This document shows, piece by piece, positions 1-8,086 of a DNA stretch of 13,319 bases. The position numbers and the translations under genes are program-made. Each line of letters opens with the position of its first letter. The first letter of the stretch is position 1. Source of the DNA: Candidatus Zixiibacteriota bacterium. GTDB taxonomy: Bacteria > Zixibacteria > MSB-5A5 > UBA10806 > 4484-95. Location of the stretch: NCBI GenBank assembly GCA_029932605.1, contig JAOZPT010000058.1:1-13319 (forward strand), read 5' to 3'. The notes beneath the pieces were generated by a model that saw only the letters and a program-made list of their open reading frames with translations, did no database searches and was not told where the DNA came from.

Positions 1-2
1 TA

Positions 3-1076
3 GAACAAGAAAAACTTCAACTCATTAATGCTGAGAGGATAAAGACCGCCTGCTTTATTTGCCAGAGTAGTCTGTTTGATGATAACGGTTCGGTTTCGTC
101 AAGATTAAATTCTGCTGCAATGGAACTGGGACATATCTTGAAATTTAGTATGTTGGCGGAGAAAATCAAAAATGCAATTGATGAGTATATCATAAACCTT
201 GAGGACATCGGAACAATGCTCAGAGAGCTTTCAGACAATATTGAATTTGACCCGGTTCGTTTGGAGGTGGTTGAGGAAAGGATAACTCATATTAAGAGAC
301 TCAAACGAAAATATGGCCAAACCATTGGAGAGATACTGCAATATTGCCAGAGAGCTAAAGAAAAAGTCGCTGGTTACGAGGATTTGGACGATTTAGTGAA
401 GAAGCTTAATGATGATTATAAGAGCTGCCGGATTGAACTTTCTGCCATGGCGGAGAAAATATCCCGAAGGAGAAAAAAGGCTGCTCTTGAGATGGAACAA
501 AAAGTAATTCAACACCTTTCCGACCTCGCCATGCAAAATTCCGATTTCAAGGTTTACTTTGATATCAAAGAAGACCCGGACGGACCATTTATGATTAATT
601 CAAAGAGTTATGCTGGAGATGATTCAGGTTTTGACAAAGTTGAATTTTTGATTTGTGCTAATCCTGGCGAACAGTTGAAACCTTTGGCCTCTACAGCCTC
701 GGGTGGTGAGCTTTCACGAGTTTTGTTGGCACTATGTTCGGTTCTTTCTGGTGTTCTACCAAGGGATACTCTTGTTTTTGATGAGATAGATTCAGGTATA
801 TCAGGTAAGGTGGCCACACAGGTGGGCAAAAAGTTACAGATGTTGGCGAAAAAAAGACAGGTTATCTGTATTACTCACCTTCAACAGATAGCTAGCCGTG
901 GCATAGCTCATTTTAAAGTCTATAAGGGTAAAAGTGGAAAACGTTCGGTTACACGGGTAAAACGACTTTCAGGTGACCAGCGGGTTACCGAGATAGCAAG
1001 GTTGTTAGCCGGTGAAAGAATTAGTGATGTTGCCCTTGATGGTGCTTCCCAGTTATTGGAGGAGGGGAGTTCTTGA
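3..1076 (+). CDS. recN: DNA repair protein RecN (C-terminal part; 5'-truncated by window edge)
   Basis: The frame is open from position 3 (EQEKLQLINAERIK...), so the ATG at 120 is internal. Coiled-coil region with 'RLKRKYG', then 'NPGEQLKPLASTASGGELSRVLLAL' (ABC signature), 'TLVFDEIDSGISG' (Walker B/D-loop), 'QVICITHLQQIA' (H-loop) and 'RVTEIARLLAG', all typical of RecN. Confidence 0.96.
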   Translation, partial: EQEKLQLINAERIKTACFICQSSLFDDNGSVSSRLNSAAMELGHILKFSMLAEKIKNAIDEYIINLEDIGTMLRELSDNIEFDPVRLEVVEERITHIKRLKRKYGQTIGEILQYCQRAKEKVAGYEDLDDLVKKLNDDYKSCRIELSAMAEKISRRRKKAALEMEQKVIQHLSDLAMQNSDFKVYFDIKEDPDGPFMINSKSYAGDDSGFDKVEFLICANPGEQLKPLASTASGGELSRVLLALCSVLSGVLPRDTLVFDEIDSGISGKVATQVGKKLQMLAKKRQVICITHLQQIASRGIAHFKVYKGKSGKRSVTRVKRLSGDQRVTEIARLLAGERISDVALDGASQLLEEGSS

Positions 1077-1642
1077 ACGTTTCATCGGAATTTTCTCCCA
1101 AAATATCACCTTTACCAAATATCCTCTCTGCCATGAGAATATTCCTCTCGCCCTTTGTTTTTTTTTCAATAAAGTCTGATAATATTCCGCTTATTTTTGC
1201 CCTGGCCATAACGGCGATAATATCAGATTTTCTAGATGGCTATTTTGCAAGGAAACTAAACTCTATTTCAAAAACTGGTAAAATTCTGGACCCTTTAGCT
1301 GATAAATTGCTCGTGGGAGTTGCTGCTATAGCATTAACTATCTACGGTGATTTGCCAGTTTTACTTTTGGTCCTTATACTTACTCGTGATTTTATCATCG
1401 CTATGGTAGGTTTAATGATAATTAAAAAAGAGAATGTAATTCCGGTATCAAATGTTTTAGGAAAAATTACTGTAAATGTTTTTTCAATAGTTCTGATTGT
1501 TTATGTGTTAAGATTGAATATTTTCTATGAGTTTGCTTTCTGGTTTGCTGTTATATTCCTGGTTATCTCGTCGGCAAGCTACCTGGTATATAGCCTGAAA
1601 ATATTTGTTTTTAAAACCGGAATAAACCAATTGGATAATTGA
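1073..1642 (+). CDS. CDP-alcohol phosphatidyltransferase (PgsA-like phosphatidylglycerophosphate synthase / cardiolipin synthase family)
   Basis: 'PNILSAMR' and the family motif 'SDFLDGYFARKLNSISKTGKILDPLADK' (DxxDGxxAR...GxxxDxxxD), with several hydrophobic helices. The TTG start overlaps the recN stop (TTGA, 1073-1076) and follows GGAGGAGG at 1058-1065. Exact substrate cannot be determined. Confidence 0.9.
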   Translation: MNVSSEFSPKISPLPNILSAMRIFLSPFVFFSIKSDNIPLIFALAITAIISDFLDGYFARKLNSISKTGKILDPLADKLLVGVAAIALTIYGDLPVLLLVLILTRDFIIAMVGLMIIKKENVIPVSNVLGKITVNVFSIVLIVYVLRLNIFYEFAFWFAVIFLVISSASYLVYSLKIFVFKTGINQLDN

Positions 1643-1789
1643 ATTTTTATATACCAAAATGGATAACGGGTATAGATTTATTTTGGAGTAAATAATTATC
1701 TGCTTTAAAATCTGGTTTGTCGAAACTTGTATGCAAAACCTTCGTATTAAAATCAGTTGGTGTTTTATTTTTAGAATGGAGGAGAATTA

Positions 1790-2503
1790 ATGAACAGAAC
1801 TAAAATTATTCTTGTTTTGGTTTTGATTGCTGCTTTGAATATACCCGCTCTGGCTAAAAAACAAAAAACAGCCGTTTTTAAAGATAATGTCTTAAGCGAT
1901 CAAAAACTTAATTTCACTCTTGAAGTTCCCAAGAACTGGAAGGTGAAAACGTTTAAAGAAGAACCTGAAGAACTTTCTATCCTAAGGGCGGTCTTTTTGA
2001 AAAAGAACTACAAGATAAACAAAGAAGTTAAGGAGCTTGGTGGCGATTTCACTATACCGGAAATACAGATATATGCCCGTATGGATGAAATGACACCGAT
2101 GGAATTTTTGGAAATACTTAAAAAGGATATTAAATCACATAATTCTGAGGATGATATCATTACCAAGCTTAACCTCATTCTTTCCGGTGAGTTTCTGGGT
2201 AAAGAGGAAATTGAGCTTGATGGTATACCCGCTATACATGCTCTTTTTAAAAGAAAATACACCCGACGTCTTCAGGGTGACCCAAGTGACCCCAGATACC
2301 GACAGTATGGCGGATTGATAATAAGAAGCGAACATGACGTTCATGATGTTTATATTCTAAAGCGAAATGATTATCTAATTGTAATCCAGTTTTTCAGTGA
2401 ACGTGAGTTTTATCCACCAAATAGGGATGAGTTCACCAAAATATTGAGTTCGTTAAAATTTAACGATACTGACAAACCAGCAGGGGAGGAGTCTGGGAAT
2501 TAG
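1790..2503 (+). CDS. Hypothetical secreted protein (Sec signal peptide; possible PsbP/DcrB-like fold)
   Basis: 237-aa ORF with strong SD GGAGGAG at 1778-1784. The N-terminus MNRTKIILVLVLIAALNIPALA has basic, hydrophobic and A-L-A cleavage regions. 'LNFTLEVPKNWKV' and the C-terminal 'FTKILSSLKF' resemble PsbP/DcrB-like proteins. The fold call is tentative. Confidence 0.8.
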   Translation: MNRTKIILVLVLIAALNIPALAKKQKTAVFKDNVLSDQKLNFTLEVPKNWKVKTFKEEPEELSILRAVFLKKNYKINKEVKELGGDFTIPEIQIYARMDEMTPMEFLEILKKDIKSHNSEDDIITKLNLILSGEFLGKEEIELDGIPAIHALFKRKYTRRLQGDPSDPRYRQYGGLIIRSEHDVHDVYILKRNDYLIVIQFFSEREFYPPNRDEFTKILSSLKFNDTDKPAGEESGN

Positions 2504-2561
2504 TTGTCATAAGTAAACATGGACATATAAAAACGATTATCGCTTGGTAGAATTTACGTAT

Positions 2562-2570
2562 TGTTATAAT
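2562..2570 (+). promoter_or_regulatory. Candidate extended -10 promoter upstream of lapA
   Basis: Perfect TGnTATAAT (TGTTATAAT) in an AT-rich intergenic region; no well-spaced -35. Confidence 0.4.
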
Positions 2571-2668
2571 AAAATCTGGTAATATTCAGTTTAATCTTAT
2601 TCTATTTTTAAAAACTATCATTTTAACTTATAAATTTCTAAAACTTTGGAATTATCTTTGATTTATGA

Positions 2669-2697
2669 TTGACTAATTGGCTACAAGATGTTATGAT
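2669..2697 (+). promoter_or_regulatory. Sigma70-type promoter of the lapA-lapB-TPR/SPOR operon
   Basis: TTGACT (2669-2674), 17-bp spacer, TATGAT (2692-2697), with the extended -10 TG at 2689-2690. SD GGAGG at 2712-2716. Confidence 0.7.
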
Positions 2698-2720
2698 TTT
2701 ACCAAAATTTTGGAGGAATT

Positions 2721-3038
2721 ATGTGGATAATTAGATATGCCGTATCCGCTATATTGATAATCGCCCTGCTGGGATTTACTATTCAGAATTCCTACCAGAG
2801 GGTAGTTATTAATATCGCCGGTATAACCTTCACCGATGTACCTTTGATTTTCGTTGTTTATGTGGCTTTCTGTATTGGTCTTATTTTCTGGTTTGCCATC
2901 TCCATAGTGCAGTATTTCAGAATGTTAGGCCAGCTTTCAGAGCAGAAAAAGAAAAACCGTACCTTAACCGAAGAAATTACAACTTTGCGTAATCTACCTT
3001 TAGAGGAACTTGATGAACAACAGGAGGAAAAAGATTAA
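2721..3038 (+). CDS. lapA: Lipopolysaccharide assembly protein LapA family (DUF1049)
   Basis: 105 aa: TM helix ending 'GFTIQN', short loop with 'VPL', second TM with 'FCIGL', then a coiled-coil tail 'EEITTLRNLPL'. Its stop overlaps the lapB start (TAATG). Confidence 0.85.
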   Translation: MWIIRYAVSAILIIALLGFTIQNSYQRVVINIAGITFTDVPLIFVVYVAFCIGLIFWFAISIVQYFRMLGQLSEQKKKNRTLTEEITTLRNLPLEELDEQQEEKD

Positions 3039-4189
3039 TGGGGGATACATTTACTTCATACTTGTGGATAATAATCCCCCTTGTTTTAATCTTCCTGGCT
3101 TTGATTTTTTCACTGGAGAGAAGGCAGTCCAAGGGGGCCAAGGTTATTCCTGAGAGCTACATCGATGGTCTTCGAGCGATAATAGCAGGCGATAATAATC
3201 AGGCTTTTATAAAACTCAAACAGGCTGTAAGTGAGGATACAGATAATATCGATGCCTATCTCAAGCTTGGCGATTTATTTCGCAGAAAAGGTCAAATTCA
3301 GAAAGCCATCCAGGTTCACAGCGAACTTGTGCTTCGGAAAAAATTGAAACGAGATATGTTTAACCCTATACATAAAAGTTTGGCTGAGGATTATATAATC
3401 GCTAAAAAGTATGACCGGGCTTTGGAAATATTAGAAAAACTTACGAAAGATAATTATTATAAGACTTGGGCACGGGAGAAGATACTGGAGATATATGAGA
3501 AAACAGGCCAATGGGATAAGGCGTTTAATACATGCAAAGACCTTTTAAAATCAAAAGACCAACAAAAAAGACTGGCGGTTTATAAACATCTAATAGGTAA
3601 TGATCATTTCAACAAAGGTGATTTTCATAAAGCCCGTCTTGTTTACAAAGACGCTCTCCATTACGATGATAAATTTACCCTTTCCTATATTATGATAGCC
3701 GAATCATACCTGGCAGAGGGCAGAAAGCAGGAAGCTGTCGAGTATTTTAAAAAACTTGCCGAGAAAGTTCCCGATGAAGCTGACCGGATATTTTATAAGA
3801 TGGAGCAAACACTTTTCGATCTTGGCCAGTTCTCTGAGGCCGAGATTATTTACAACAATGTCCTAAAAACCAATCCAGATAATACAAATATCTTAAAATC
3901 ATTAGCTGGTATTGCTGAGAAGAAAGGTGATATACAAACAGCTATTGATTATTTAAACCAGGCCGTAAACACCGAGCCTGATGATATTGTTACCGCTGTT
4001 TGGTTAGCTGGTCTTTATGTTAATGAAGGACAAAATAATCAAGCCCATAAAATCCTTCAGGACATTCGGAATAACTGGCAAAATCAATGGCAATACTATT
4101 ATTGTCCCTATTGTAAAGTCAGGTCAAAAAAGATGGAGCTTGTCTGCTCTGACTGCGGACGGGTTGGGCCATATAGAAAATTAGTCTGA
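3038..4189 (+). CDS. lapB: Lipopolysaccharide assembly protein LapB/YciM-like (TM anchor, TPRs, rubredoxin-like metal site)
   Basis: N-terminal TM helix, 'YIDGL...AYLKLGDLFRRKGQIQKAIQVHSEL' (LapB-like first TPRs), more TPRs, and C-terminal CPYC-x10-CSDC. Directly downstream of lapA. Confidence 0.85.
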   Translation: MGDTFTSYLWIIIPLVLIFLALIFSLERRQSKGAKVIPESYIDGLRAIIAGDNNQAFIKLKQAVSEDTDNIDAYLKLGDLFRRKGQIQKAIQVHSELVLRKKLKRDMFNPIHKSLAEDYIIAKKYDRALEILEKLTKDNYYKTWAREKILEIYEKTGQWDKAFNTCKDLLKSKDQQKRLAVYKHLIGNDHFNKGDFHKARLVYKDALHYDDKFTLSYIMIAESYLAEGRKQEAVEYFKKLAEKVPDEADRIFYKMEQTLFDLGQFSEAEIIYNNVLKTNPDNTNILKSLAGIAEKKGDIQTAIDYLNQAVNTEPDDIVTAVWLAGLYVNEGQNNQAHKILQDIRNNWQNQWQYYYCPYCKVRSKKMELVCSDCGRVGPYRKLV

Positions 4190-4200
4190 GGATTCTGGCG

Positions 4201-5193
4201 GTGAGACGGGTTATATTATTTGTCATTTTACTGACGGTTTCTGCCTGGGCTGACCAGATTGATGATTTGATCGATGATGGACGTTTCCACGAGGCTTATA
4301 ACCGCCTTCTATCTGCCTATGAAAAATCACCTGATAAGATAGAATATCTTTTTTTGATGGGAAGGTCGGCTTTATCGGGTGAAAGTTCTGCTGCTTTTTT
4401 CAAAGATTACATCAATAAAGCATCAAATAATTCTCATCTTGTTAATTGGGCTCGACTTTATCTGGGGAAATATTATCTTGCCCAGAATCTGTATGTCGCC
4501 GCAAGAAAACATCTTGAGGATATCGACGATAATTCGCCATTCGGGATGGAGGCTTCTTATCTTGCCGCTCGATGCTATATGTTATCCACGGAGTATGACA
4601 GAGCAGCCCGAGCATTCAAGGATATAATTAACCGATATGAGAACAATGATTCAAATGGGTATGAAAACAATCAGAGTAACTATTATTATTGGGCAGTCTT
4701 AAATCTGGCTGATACAAAATATGCCTCGGGCGATTTCGAGCAAGCCATAAGATTTTACAAGCAACTCCTTCAACCCTCTCTTGAGAAAGATGTTTTTGCA
4801 TTGGCTTTACTGGGACTTTCTGAAACCTCAAGAAAGATGAATAGGCGGGATGACGCTAACCGCTATTATCATCTGTATAAAGAAAGGTATGATTCGGGTA
4901 TAAACCCCATAGCCCTTGAAACTGAAATGACAGACTCCGGCCAACCGAGCAAAATCGCAGACACGAAATATTATATCCAGGTGGGTGTTTTTTCCGATAA
5001 AGCCCGAGCTGAAAAAATGTCTACGCTGTATAAAAAAAACGGCTATTATGCTCTGATTGAAAATTTCGCTAAAGAGGGGCAGGAATTTTATCGAGTGCTT
5101 GTTGGAGGATACAATTCCAAGCAGAAAGCAGAGTTTATTAAAAAGCGCCTTGAAAAAGCGGCCGGGGAGAGGTATTTAATTTTAATCAGGTGA
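4201..5193 (+). CDS. Secreted TPR-repeat protein with C-terminal SPOR (septal peptidoglycan-binding) domain
   Basis: GTG start with GAGG at 4188-4191. Signal peptide MRRVILFVILLTVSAWA, TPR-like helices (e.g. ASYLAARCYMLSTEYDRAARAFKDII), then the SPOR pattern 'YYIQVGVFSDKARAEKM...FYRVLVGGYNSKQKAE'. Confidence 0.88.
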   Translation: MRRVILFVILLTVSAWADQIDDLIDDGRFHEAYNRLLSAYEKSPDKIEYLFLMGRSALSGESSAAFFKDYINKASNNSHLVNWARLYLGKYYLAQNLYVAARKHLEDIDDNSPFGMEASYLAARCYMLSTEYDRAARAFKDIINRYENNDSNGYENNQSNYYYWAVLNLADTKYASGDFEQAIRFYKQLLQPSLEKDVFALALLGLSETSRKMNRRDDANRYYHLYKERYDSGINPIALETEMTDSGQPSKIADTKYYIQVGVFSDKARAEKMSTLYKKNGYYALIENFAKEGQEFYRVLVGGYNSKQKAEFIKKRLEKAAGERYLILIR

Positions 5194-5240
5194 ACATGAT
5201 TTTATTCTACCTTTGAGAATTTCTGCCAATTGCGTCCTGA

Positions 5241-5257
5241 GGGAAGGTAACCTTCCC
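5241..5257. repeat. Perfect 8-1-8 inverted repeat GGGAAGGT-A-ACCTTCCC
   Basis: Read directly from the sequence between the SPOR gene and mutS. No U-tract follows it on either strand, so it is not a canonical intrinsic terminator. Confidence 0.75.
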
Positions 5258-5269
5258 ATAAAAAATACT

Positions 5270-5298
5270 TTCATTGGAAACCTCGTTATAGATATATT
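5270..5298 (+). promoter_or_regulatory. Candidate sigma70 promoter of mutS (leaderless-type)
   Basis: TTCATT (5270-5275), 17 bp, TATATT (5293-5298), ending 5 nt before the ATG; no SD. Confidence 0.45.
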
Positions 5299-5303
5299 GC
5301 AAT

Positions 5304-7895
5304 ATGCCTGACAAAACCACACCACTTTTAAAGCAATACTTCAAGATCAAAGAGCAATACCCTGACCGGATACTGTTTTTCCGTATGGGCGATTTTTATG
5401 AGATGTTTGGCGATGACGCCAAAATTGCCTCAGAGGTGTTAGGTATAACCCTGACCTCGAGAAACCACGGTAAATCAGGGAAAATACCCTTGGCCGGAGT
5501 TCCTTACCATCAGGCGGAAAAATACTTGGCTGGTCTTTTAAAAGCGGGTTATGGTGTGGTTGTATGCGAACAGGTAGAGGATCCTAAGCTGGCAAAAGGG
5601 CTTGTCAAACGGGATGTCGTCGAGGTCCTCACTCCGGGGAGCATCACAGTGGAGGGAGTTCTTGAGGAGGGTGCTACTAGTTTCATCGCCTCAATTTTCA
5701 TAGAAAACAAAATAGCGGGAATTGCCCTTCTTGACTACACCACTGGCGAATTCATACTCGACCAGGTTCCCACATCCCATCTCGAGCTGACAATAAGCCG
5801 TTACCAGCCATCTGAATTACTTGTTCCTGAAAACTATTCTGGTTCCACATGGAATATACCATTTTACCGAACCGAACTGTTTCGTTACGACAAAGATTTT
5901 GCTGGAGATATACTTAAATCCCATTTCGGCACCGCTTCTTTGGATGGTTTTGGAGTATCTGATATGCCTTTGGCCATTGGTGCAGCTGGTGCACTTCTCG
6001 ATTATATAAAAAAATTGAAAAAGGGGCAGGTTGACCATCTCAGGTCCTTTAAAAGGGCTTCCGGTGGTAAAGAGATGTATCTTGACCAGGCAACGATTGC
6101 TAACCTCGAGTTGATTGAAAGCTCATCCGGCGATAGGGAATTTTCACTTCTATGGCTTTTAGACAGATGCCACACTGCCATGGGGAAAAGAGCCTTGCGC
6201 AGACGTCTGGTCTGTCCATTGACGAATAAAAATGATATTCTCGATCGACAGAAAAAGATTGTTGCCTTTTACGAGGATAGAACATTGAGCGATGATGTAA
6301 TTGATATCCTCAAGGATGTCCGTGATATCGAAAGAATACTGTCGCGATTTGTTGCGGGGCGGGCAACTCCTCGCGACCTAGCAGCCTTGAGAGATTCGCT
6401 TATTGCTATCTTAAGATTAAAAGAAAGATTAAAGAAACATGCTGAAATATTTTTTGATTTAACTGAAAAGATCGATAATTTTGATGATATCCTTCCCCAG
6501 CTTAAAAAAGCCTTGATGGAAAACCCGCCGGTCTCATATCTCGAGGGAGGGATTTTCAGGAAAGGTTATTCAGAGGAACTTGATCGCCTGAGAAGCGATA
6601 TTTCGGAAGCTCAGAGTTATATAAAAAACCTCCAGATGAGTGAACGCAAACGCACCAGCATACCATCGCTGAAGGTCGGTTTCAACAAAGTATTTGGTTA
6701 TTTTATCGAGGTTACGAAGCCTCATCTAAGTAAAGTGCCAAAAGATTATATACGCAAACAAACACTTGTTAACGCTGAACGTTTCATCACCGAAAAGATG
6801 AAAATCAAAGAGGAACTTATTTTAAAAGCCGAGGAGAAAATCAACCTTCTGGAGGCTGAGCTGTTTTTAGAATTAAAGGGTAAAGTCAAGGAGATTTCAT
6901 CGCGGATATTGACAACAGCCTCCGCTGTTGCAGATATAGATTTCTCTCAATCACTGGCCAGCGTTGCTCGGGTGAATTATTATTGCCTCCCTGAAATAAT
7001 CGATATTGATGAGGGCGAATCCGTACCGGGGATTATCGATATAAAAGCGGGCAGACATCCGATAGTAGAAAAATCATTACCGCCAGGTGAATTTGTGCCG
7101 AATGACACTTTTATAAATACTGATGACAGGCGTATCCAGATCATAACAGGTCCTAACATGGCCGGCAAATCAACATATCTCCGGCAGGTGGGCCTTATTG
7201 TGATTATGGCTCAAATGGGGGGTTTTGTGCCGGCTGATTATGCTGTTATATCCATTGTTGACAGAGTCTTCACAAGGGTAGGTGCAGCCGATAGATTATC
7301 TCAAGGTCAGTCTACATTCATGCTGGAGATGAGCGAGACATCAAATATCATAAATAACGCTACGCCTAAAAGCCTGATATTGTTAGACGAGCTTGGCCGA
7401 GGGACTTCCACATATGATGGCTTATCGTTAGCCTGGGCAGTTGCCGAACATATATGTGAAAATCCCAAGATCGCCTCAAGGACTTTATTTGCTACACATT
7501 ACCATGAATTGACGGAGATGGCAAGTTTGTATCAGGGTATTATCAACCTTCAAGTAACGGTTAAAGAATATGAGGATAAGATAATATTTTTAAGGAAGAT
7601 AATCCCTGGTGGATGTGATGATTCATACGGAATTGAGGTCGCCCGGTTGGCAGGATTACCTGGGAAGGTTATAAATAAAGCCAAAAAGATATTAGAACAG
7701 CTTGAGGACAAAAAGCCACCTGAGATTGTCAGAAAGAAAATGAAAAAGTCTAAGCCTGAGGTTGAGTCATATCAGATATCTCTTTTTACACCACAGGAGT
7801 CAAAAATCGCCGAGCGTCTTCGTAACATCGATATAGATAATCTAACACCGCTTGAGGCATTAAAGATTTTACAGGAGTTTAAGGGAGAATTATAG
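5304..7895 (+). CDS. mutS: DNA mismatch repair protein MutS (MutS1)
   Basis: 'TPLLKQY', mismatch-binding 'FFRMGDFYEMF', Walker A 'TGPNMAGKSTYLRQ', 'GQSTFMLEM', 'LDELGRGTST', 'FATHYHEL', 'SYGIEVARLAGLP', clamp-binding-like 'QISLF' and C-terminal 'NLTPLEAL'. Confidence 0.99.
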   Translation: MPDKTTPLLKQYFKIKEQYPDRILFFRMGDFYEMFGDDAKIASEVLGITLTSRNHGKSGKIPLAGVPYHQAEKYLAGLLKAGYGVVVCEQVEDPKLAKGLVKRDVVEVLTPGSITVEGVLEEGATSFIASIFIENKIAGIALLDYTTGEFILDQVPTSHLELTISRYQPSELLVPENYSGSTWNIPFYRTELFRYDKDFAGDILKSHFGTASLDGFGVSDMPLAIGAAGALLDYIKKLKKGQVDHLRSFKRASGGKEMYLDQATIANLELIESSSGDREFSLLWLLDRCHTAMGKRALRRRLVCPLTNKNDILDRQKKIVAFYEDRTLSDDVIDILKDVRDIERILSRFVAGRATPRDLAALRDSLIAILRLKERLKKHAEIFFDLTEKIDNFDDILPQLKKALMENPPVSYLEGGIFRKGYSEELDRLRSDISEAQSYIKNLQMSERKRTSIPSLKVGFNKVFGYFIEVTKPHLSKVPKDYIRKQTLVNAERFITEKMKIKEELILKAEEKINLLEAELFLELKGKVKEISSRILTTASAVADIDFSQSLASVARVNYYCLPEIIDIDEGESVPGIIDIKAGRHPIVEKSLPPGEFVPNDTFINTDDRRIQIITGPNMAGKSTYLRQVGLIVIMAQMGGFVPADYAVISIVDRVFTRVGAADRLSQGQSTFMLEMSETSNIINNATPKSLILLDELGRGTSTYDGLSLAWAVAEHICENPKIASRTLFATHYHELTEMASLYQGIINLQVTVKEYEDKIIFLRKIIPGGCDDSYGIEVARLAGLPGKVINKAKKILEQLEDKKPPEIVRKKMKKSKPEVESYQISLFTPQESKIAERLRNIDIDNLTPLEALKILQEFKGEL

Positions 7896-7968
7896 GAATT
7901 TTTAGTTTTTCAGCAACTACCATTCCCGGGACTTTAACTCTGCAGGAATTATAGTTTCTTCATAACTA

Positions 7969-7986
7969 GGCGTATTGCAATACACC
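7969..7986. repeat. Palindrome GG-C-GTATTGCAATAC-A-CC (possible degenerate REP-like element)
   Basis: Perfect 12-bp palindromic core at 7972-7983, extended by GG/CC after one mismatch, in the mutS-miaB intergenic region. The REP interpretation is inference. Confidence 0.5.
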
Positions 7987-8057
7987 CTGTAAGGATACCG
8001 TTTTTCAATGTAACATCATTTCCATTACGAGGTCTTAAAAACATATAAAATTACCTG

Positions 8058-8086
8058 TTGCCCAATCACATCGATCGTTATAACTT
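8058..8086 (+). promoter_or_regulatory. Candidate sigma70 promoter of miaB
   Basis: TTGCCC (8058-8063), 17 bp, TAACTT (8081-8086; TATAAC overlaps at 8079-8084), 9 nt before the ATG; no SD. Confidence 0.4.

Noticed and set aside
120..122. ATG at 120 as the recN start
   Set aside because: The frame is open to the window edge and the N-terminal Walker A half of RecN is missing, so the real start lies upstream.
1158..1166. T9 homopolymer in the pgsA-like gene (also A8 runs at 5032-5039 and 11673-11680) as phase-variation tracts
   Set aside because: The frames are intact, and A/T runs of this length are expected in AT-rich coding DNA (Phe and Lys codons).
1626..1674. Imperfect direct repeat ACCAATTGGATAA / ACCAAAATGGATAA and a weak TATACC...GGTATA stem after the pgsA-like gene
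   Set aside because: Only two short AT-rich copies, and a weak stem with a long loop and no clear U-tract; not a CRISPR array or convincing terminator.
5304..7895. Absence of mutL next to mutS as an anomaly
   Set aside because: mutS and mutL are unlinked in many bacteria, and a 13-kb window cannot show absence from the genome.
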